The notes under the pieces: model-generated | Seen by the model: the letters and a program-made list of their open reading frames with translations, nothing else | Databases searched by the model: none | What the model was told of the DNA's origin: nothing | Position numbers and translations under genes: made by a program | Source of the DNA: Candidatus Krumholzibacteriia bacterium | GTDB lineage: Bacteria > Krumholzibacteriota > Krumholzibacteriia > LZORAL124-64-63 | DNA: 12,117 nt | Assembly: GCA_036351155.1 (NCBI GenBank) | Contig: JAZBOO010000154.1 | Span: 1-12,117, forward strand | Reading direction: 5' to 3' | In this document: positions 7,868 to 12,117 of the stretch, in pieces | Numbering within the stretch: position 1 is the stretch's first letter | How the letters are laid out: every line of letters starts with the position of its first letter

Positions 7868-7906
7868 AAAAAGAGACTGGCCAGCAATACCGTTGCTGGC
7901 CAGCCT
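7868..7906 (-). terminator. Intrinsic terminator-like hairpin after the exbB-exbD-exbD-tonB operon, abutting the mscS RBS
   Basis: Perfect 11-bp inverted repeat CTGGCCAGCAA (7877-7887) / TTGCTGGCCAG (7893-7903) with a 5-nt loop, extendable by 3 pairs including a G-U. On the minus strand it is followed by TCTCTTTTT and then GGAGG. Confidence 0.7.
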
Positions 7907-7941
7907 ACAGAATGGAGAGGTTTCGGGACAGGAAATCCTGT

Positions 7942-8868
7942 CTAGTTCTTCACGTGCTCGATCACGATGGCCACCGAACCGTCCAGTTCCGAGCGCAGGT
8001 CGGCCCGCTGCACGGCCTCGGTTTCGACCTGTTCGCGGGGCAAGATCATGGCTTCGGCCAGGAAGGTGCCCACGCTGTCGGCCCGCTTTTCGGCCAGAGC
8101 CTGGGTTTCGGCCGTCACGACGACGCGCACGGGTGACCAGGGGTGACGCCGGATCTCGTCGGTAGCCCGGGTCAGCCAGCTTTCGCCCCCGTCGGTCAGG
8201 TTCTTGTCCTCACGAACGAACAGGTGGCCCCCGGCGATTTCCAGCACCCGATCGCCATCCTGGCGATAATCCAGGGCGGGAATGCGGAAGCTGACACCGG
8301 CGTGGTTGTAGGTGTTCGTGCCCTTGTCGGTCTGCGTGAAGACGTAGCTGTAGGGGTAGCCCACCTTGAGGATTTCCCCGCCGTCGCCGCGGCCGTCCCA
8401 GTCCAGTTTCTCCGGAGGATTGCCCCCACCTTCGTAGGTGCGGAACGGACTGCCCCGGAAATCGGTCACGGTCAATGACCAGTCCTTCACCTTGTGCCCC
8501 TCGGGGTCGGCGGTGAAGAAGGTGGCCACCGGTGTGCGCGCCATGTCCTGGATCCACAGGTGGGGCGGCTGGTCGCTGCCCAGCATTTCCAGGTTGTTCA
8601 GGTGAGGTTGAAGTCCGCTGACCGGGCTGACGCCCAGGGCTTCCTGGTCCATCACCGTGAAGAACGAGTCGATGGCGGCCGTGCCCATGGCAAACTCGAA
8701 GGAACCCTTCTCGATTTCCTGGCGCACGGCGTTCTCGGCTTCGACCACCATTTCGGGGAGGGCGCCGCCATCCTGACCGTCGCTGGTCCAGTCTTCACCC
8801 TCGTCCTGGGCCAGCGCGGGCACCGCCAGCAGGAGAATCATCATGGTCATGCCTAGGTACTTCATCAT
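7942..8868 (-). CDS. Secreted/periplasmic protein: TonB-box-like N-terminus, FlgD-type Ig-like domain, degenerate OmpA/MotB-like C-terminal domain (308 aa)
   Basis: Sec signal peptide (ILLLAVPALA|QD, no lipobox Cys). Acidic linker, then LPEMVVEAE. WSLTVTDFRGSPFRTYEG...LDWDGRGDGGEILKVGYPYSY resembles the FlgD-Ig WDG..G...G.Y motif. LF...NLTDGGESWLTRATDEIR..P...VRVVV...LAEKRADSVGTFL resembles the OmpA-C LS..RA..V helix. GGGAG RBS; 22 nt downstream of tonB. Confidence 0.75.
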   Translation of the reverse strand: MMKYLGMTMMILLLAVPALAQDEGEDWTSDGQDGGALPEMVVEAENAVRQEIEKGSFEFAMGTAAIDSFFTVMDQEALGVSPVSGLQPHLNNLEMLGSDQPPHLWIQDMARTPVATFFTADPEGHKVKDWSLTVTDFRGSPFRTYEGGGNPPEKLDWDGRGDGGEILKVGYPYSYVFTQTDKGTNTYNHAGVSFRIPALDYRQDGDRVLEIAGGHLFVREDKNLTDGGESWLTRATDEIRRHPWSPVRVVVTAETQALAEKRADSVGTFLAEAMILPREQVETEAVQRADLRSELDGSVAIVIEHVKN

Positions 8869-8890
8869 GGTCTTTTGACTCCCGTTTCCG

Positions 8891-10204
8891 CTAGTTCAGG
8901 CGGAAGACGATGGTGATCACACCCCACTGCTCGACGGCCGCTTGGCCGGCGCCCAGGGGAGCGAAACGGAACTGCTTGATTGCATCCATGGCCATCTTGT
9001 TCAGGTCACGGTGCACCGATGTTTGCTCGAAATAGGCGTTGTCCTTCACACGACCATCGGCCAGCACGGTGAAGTGCACCGCCACGGCACCTTCCCAGCC
9101 CTTGCGTCGGGCCAGGGCCGTGTACTCGGGGGCCACACTCTTGAGGATCTTGCGCCCCTGGATCTGGCCGCTGATGGTCATGCCCACACCCTTGCCGTCC
9201 AGCTTGACCTCGGCCACCTGGCGGGTTTCGGGTTCGGCTGCCGTCGCTGCCACGATATCCTTGGTGGGTTCGGGTTCGGCCAGACGCGCCCGACCCGCCA
9301 GCGATCCGCCGCGGCCGCCACTGCCCGAACCGTAGTTCAGGATGGTCTTGCGTCCCCCGCTGGATTTGCTGCCGCCACCGGTGGGTCCGTCCACATCCAG
9401 GACACCCTGGCCGCCGGAAACTCCGCCGCCCTGGCCGGCCGGCGCCAGTGCGGCCGCCGGAGCCTGGTAGCTGGAGCGGCTGTTCTGCTGCAAGCCGCCA
9501 CCCGCAGGCACGGCACCGGCCACCTCGGCCACGCCACCGGAGCGGCGACTGGTCGAGCTGGCCACGTCGATTTCACTGCCCAGAGCCACCCCGCCCGACT
9601 TGCTCTTGAGAGCACCGGACTGAGGCTTGAACTGGCCCACGGGACGGGTCGCCGCGCGCGCGGGTGCCTTCACGTTGTCCAGCTCCTTGGCCAGGGCGGT
9701 GCCCTTCAGCTTGGCCGGGTCAATGATCTTCCGGTTGGCCGGCACAGGCACCTTGGCCTCCAGCTGGGGAGCCTGAGCCAGGGCCTTGGGCTGCACCTTG
9801 GGCTGCGCGTCGGGCACCACGATGTCGGCCACCGCCACCTGGACCCGCTTGGTCGGCTGGATCGGGTCGATCTTGGGAGCCTTCTTCGTCAATGGCTTGG
9901 GCTCGGGCCGCGGAGGCTCGGGCGATTTCGGTTCGGCCGGCTTCATGGCGCTGTCGGTGGCCACGCCGCGTCCCGGCGGTTCGGGTCGGCGCGCAGGTTC
10001 CTTCAGCTTCACCTTGGCCGCCACATCTTCCCCATAGCGGGCCTCGATGTAGGCGATCTCGGTCAATTCGTTTTCGATATAGGTCTGGGCCGCCTTGCCG
10101 CCGGCCATGACGACCAGGACCAGCAACAATCCCACGTGCAGGACCAGGCTGGCGGTCATGCCGCCACCGGTCTGGGCAGCCCGGTCGATGTGCTGTTGCA
10201 TCAT
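8891..10204 (-). CDS. tonB: TonB family energy transducer with a long Pro/Lys- then Gly/Ser-rich linker (about 437 aa)
   Basis: N-terminal TM with S-x3-H (ASLVLHVGLLL). C-terminal TonB_C: PEYTALARRKGWEGAVAVHFTVLADGRV...TSVHRDLNKMAMDAIKQFRFAP...ITIVFRL. The start (ATG 10204, or GTG 10207) overlaps the exbD' TGA and follows GAGGAGGAG. Confidence 0.9.
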   Translation of the reverse strand: MMQQHIDRAAQTGGGMTASLVLHVGLLLVLVVMAGGKAAQTYIENELTEIAYIEARYGEDVAAKVKLKEPARRPEPPGRGVATDSAMKPAEPKSPEPPRPEPKPLTKKAPKIDPIQPTKRVQVAVADIVVPDAQPKVQPKALAQAPQLEAKVPVPANRKIIDPAKLKGTALAKELDNVKAPARAATRPVGQFKPQSGALKSKSGGVALGSEIDVASSTSRRSGGVAEVAGAVPAGGGLQQNSRSSYQAPAAALAPAGQGGGVSGGQGVLDVDGPTGGGSKSSGGRKTILNYGSGSGGRGGSLAGRARLAEPEPTKDIVAATAAEPETRQVAEVKLDGKGVGMTISGQIQGRKILKSVAPEYTALARRKGWEGAVAVHFTVLADGRVKDNAYFEQTSVHRDLNKMAMDAIKQFRFAPLGAGQAAVEQWGVITIVFRLN

Positions 10205-10617
10205 CACGGCTGCTCCTCCTCATCCTTTTCCTTGGTGGCCAGGGCCACCCGGGGCACCTGGCTGGCCTCGACCGCGGCGATCAGTTCCTCGACCTCGCCA
10301 TAGGGCAGGTTCTGGTCGGCCTTGACCACCGCCACCGTATGAGGGGCACCATCGAGCATCAAACCCACGTAGTTACTGATGTCGGCCAGGGCTACCTGGT
10401 CGTTCCCCACGAAAATTTCCCGGTTCATGTTGAACGTGATCTCGATGTTGTCGGTATCGTCGACCTCGCTGGCGCGAGCCTGCGGCAGGTCGACGTCATC
10501 GACTTCGTTATTCAAAAACGGAGCGATCATCATCAGGGTCAGCACCACCACCAGCGAAACGTTGATGATGGGGACCACTGTGGTGCGGCTCTCGGTCTGG
10601 AATGCGCTCTTCTTCAC
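10204..10617 (-). CDS. exbD: ExbD/TolR family protein, second copy; conserved TM Asp replaced by Asn
   Basis: TM segment VVPIINVSLVVVLTLMMIAPF, then VDLPQA and VVKADQNLPYGEVEELIAAVEASQVPRVALAT (ExbD/TolR periplasmic domain). GTG start 2 nt after the exbD1 stop. Confidence 0.9.
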   Translation of the reverse strand: MKKSAFQTESRTTVVPIINVSLVVVLTLMMIAPFLNNEVDDVDLPQARASEVDDTDNIEITFNMNREIFVGNDQVALADISNYVGLMLDGAPHTVAVVKADQNLPYGEVEELIAAVEASQVPRVALATKEKDEEEQP

Positions 10618-10619
10618 CG

Positions 10620-11048
10620 TTATTCCCCTAACTGATTCAGCATGGCCAGGCTTTCGGCCCCGCTGGCCTTGGCGATGTCCAACACCTCGACCACCGAGCC
10701 CAGAATGACCTCGTCGTGAGGGACGATCACAACGGTCTTGTCGTCACGCAGGGCCAGCTGTTCGGTCAATGCCAGTTCCAGGTTCTCGGGATCGGTCATT
10801 TCCCCGTTCAGCCTGATCCCGTCCGGGTCCACCGCCACCATCAGCAGGCCGTCCTCGGCCGCATCGGTGGGTGTGACCACGGCACTTTCCGATCCTGCCT
10901 GGGCGCTGTTGACCTGGATACCGTTCCACATCAGCGCCGGCATGGTGATCATGAATACCACGATCAGGGTGGTGGTCACGTCAGCCAACGGAGTGATGTT
11001 GGCCTCGTTCTGACCTTGCATGCTGCTGCGTCTTCTCTTTGCCGCCAT
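10620..11048 (-). CDS. exbD: ExbD/TolR family protein, first copy (canonical Asp23)
   Basis: EANITPLADVTTTLIVVFMITMP matches the ExbD N-x-x-P-L-x-D-V motif. Periplasmic VVIVPHDEVILGSVVEVLDIAKASGAESLAM. AGAGG RBS. Confidence 0.92.
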   Translation of the reverse strand: MAAKRRRSSMQGQNEANITPLADVTTTLIVVFMITMPALMWNGIQVNSAQAGSESAVVTPTDAAEDGLLMVAVDPDGIRLNGEMTDPENLELALTEQLALRDDKTVVIVPHDEVILGSVVEVLDIAKASGAESLAMLNQLGE

Positions 11049-11060
11049 GGTTGTGCCTCT

Positions 11061-11777
11061 TTAGCTCAGGACTCCGACCAGATCGTTCGCATCTTCTTCT
11101 TGTCGCTGGGCCGCGTAAGGCTTGGCCTGACGGGCCGTGGCCTGCTGACGCTTGCGCTGCTGCAGCTGTCCCCAGAGGCTGAAGAAGGCTTCGCGGGCAT
11201 CTTCCAGGTGGGCGGTCCGGGTCCGGATCCGGCGCACGAAGAAGTTGAAGGCCACCGTGGCAATCACGGCCACGACGATACCCGCAGCGGTTGTCATCAG
11301 GGCTTCCGAAACACCCATGGCCACCACGGCGCCGCCGCCGCTGCCGGTACGGGCGATGTCGGCGAAGGCGCGGATGATACCGACCACCGTACCGAACAGA
11401 CCCAGGAGAGGAGCGATGTTGCTCATGGTGCCCAGCACGCCGATGTTCCGTTCCATCTCGACCGTTTCCAGATCGATGGCGGTGTCCAGGCGCTGAGCCA
11501 GCTCGTCGTGGGAGCGATTCATGTGGGTCAAACCCTGGATCATGACGCGACCCGCGGGGCTCTTGCTGCGCTGGCAGAATTCCACGGCACCCTGCAGGTC
11601 ACCATTCTTCAGGTGGCCGGCCATGCTCTTCATGAAACTCTTGGTGTCGTGGCTGGTGGTCTTGAAGTAGAGCAGGCGTTCCACGGTGAATCCCACGGTC
11701 ACGATGCTGCAAATCGCCAGGATGATCATGGTGGGTGAGGCCAGGAAAAACCCCACAATGGACATTTCGCCGAACAT
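11061..11777 (-). CDS. exbB: MotA/TolQ/ExbB proton-channel protein (238 aa)
   Basis: LGTMSNIAPLLGLFGTVVGIIRAF and GVSEALMTTAAGIVVAVIA signature helices. ATG at 11777 follows an AGAGGGGA RBS. The track's extension to 12038 is not protein-like. Confidence 0.95.
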   Translation of the reverse strand: MFGEMSIVGFFLASPTMIILAICSIVTVGFTVERLLYFKTTSHDTKSFMKSMAGHLKNGDLQGAVEFCQRSKSPAGRVMIQGLTHMNRSHDELAQRLDTAIDLETVEMERNIGVLGTMSNIAPLLGLFGTVVGIIRAFADIARTGSGGGAVVAMGVSEALMTTAAGIVVAVIATVAFNFFVRRIRTRTAHLEDAREAFFSLWGQLQQRKRQQATARQAKPYAAQRQEEDANDLVGVLS

Positions 11778-11923
11778 ATCTTTCGTCCCCTCTGTTGCCG
11801 GAAACCCGGCCGTTCCAATTGCCTTCAGTCGGGAAGGATCAACGTGCAATCTGCGATTCTCCCCCGTCAGTTTCGGCCCCAATCCGCAAATTACTCGGGA
11901 AATCGAAGGCCTGCTGACCATAC

Positions 11924-11939
11924 CGCAAGGCATATGCCA
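11924..11939 (-). promoter_or_regulatory. Sigma54 (RpoN) -24/-12 promoter upstream of exbB
   Basis: Minus strand TGGCATATGCCTTGCG versus consensus TGGCACG-N4-TTGCW, with exact GG-N10-GC spacing. Correct orientation, about 150 nt upstream of the exbB ATG, inside a 287-nt intergenic region. Confidence 0.7.
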
Positions 11940-12064
11940 TTTAAGCAAGAAAGACCGACCATGGGTAAGGCTGGGGAATTCTGGACCCTTGTTTGGGACC
12001 ATGGCCCATTCACAGGAACGATCCGAAGGTTCAAGCAAGGCGGAGCAGGAGAAGGGCGGGCGGT

Positions 12065-12117
12065 CTATCCGGCAGGCTGGGGTCCGTCCAGGGCCTCACG
12101 CACCTTGAATGCCAAGT
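12065..12117 (-). CDS. C-terminal end of a receiver (REC) domain, probably a hybrid histidine kinase or response regulator (partial, runs off the right edge)
   Basis: Minus strand from 12115 reads LAFKVREALDGPQPAG*(TAG 12067-12065). L..KVRE.LD is the typical last helix after KPF in receiver domains of CckA-like hybrid kinases. Only 16 residues are visible. Confidence 0.6.
   Translation of the reverse strand, partial: LAFKVREALDGPQPAG

Noticed and set aside
8942..11738. Long plus-strand ORFs (8942..10303, 10716..11738 and others)
   Set aside because: Antisense to clearly identifiable tonB/exbD/exbB, with low-complexity G/R/H-rich translations.
11778..12038. 87-aa N-terminal extension of ExbB given by the ORF track
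   Set aside because: Not protein-like, spans the predicted promoter, and a good RBS precedes ATG 11777.
11778..12064. Cobalamin, TPP or c-di-GMP riboswitch, or Fur box, upstream of the Ton genes
   Set aside because: I could not find the B12 box, the TPP CTGAGA motif, the GEMM GCAAA/GAAA architecture or a GATAATGATAATCATTATC-like sequence. An Rfam scan would be definitive.
109..12067. Genome-wide TAG reassignment
   Set aside because: Four genes end at TAG (109, 7942, 8891, 12065), at or just after the point where their recognisable domains end.

Overview
GC-rich bacterial chromosomal window from a diderm organism. The gene styles suggest an FCB-group or candidate-phylum genome such as Krumholzibacteriota, but this is an unverified impression. 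Left to right: the 3' end of methylglyoxal synthase (mgsA); a small 2Fe-2S ferredoxin (-); a decayed patch on + with a sigma70-like promoter, a DUF2269-like gene tail and a P-loop AAA_28/NMP-kinase-like gene, each broken by one in-frame TAG; a polytopic membrane protein; a secreted GH92 alpha-mannosidase; a stand-alone DUF222-like/HNH endonuclease with its own promoter; and a large MscS channel (-). These are followed by a five-gene (-) operon, exbB/tolQ - exbD - exbD' - tonB - secreted protein, with a good sigma54 (-24/-12) promoter upstream and an intrinsic terminator downstream, and finally the 3' end of a receiver-domain gene. The operon is the most interesting part. It has no TonB-dependent receptor and no tolB/pal. 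One of its two ExbD subunits naturally carries Asn in place of the essential transmembrane Asp. Its last gene encodes a non-barrel periplasmic protein with a TonB-box-like N-terminus, an FlgD-type Ig domain and a degenerate OmpA/MotB-like domain, which suggests a PMF motor acting on something other than a nutrient transporter. All family assignments come from motif recognition by eye; no searches were run.
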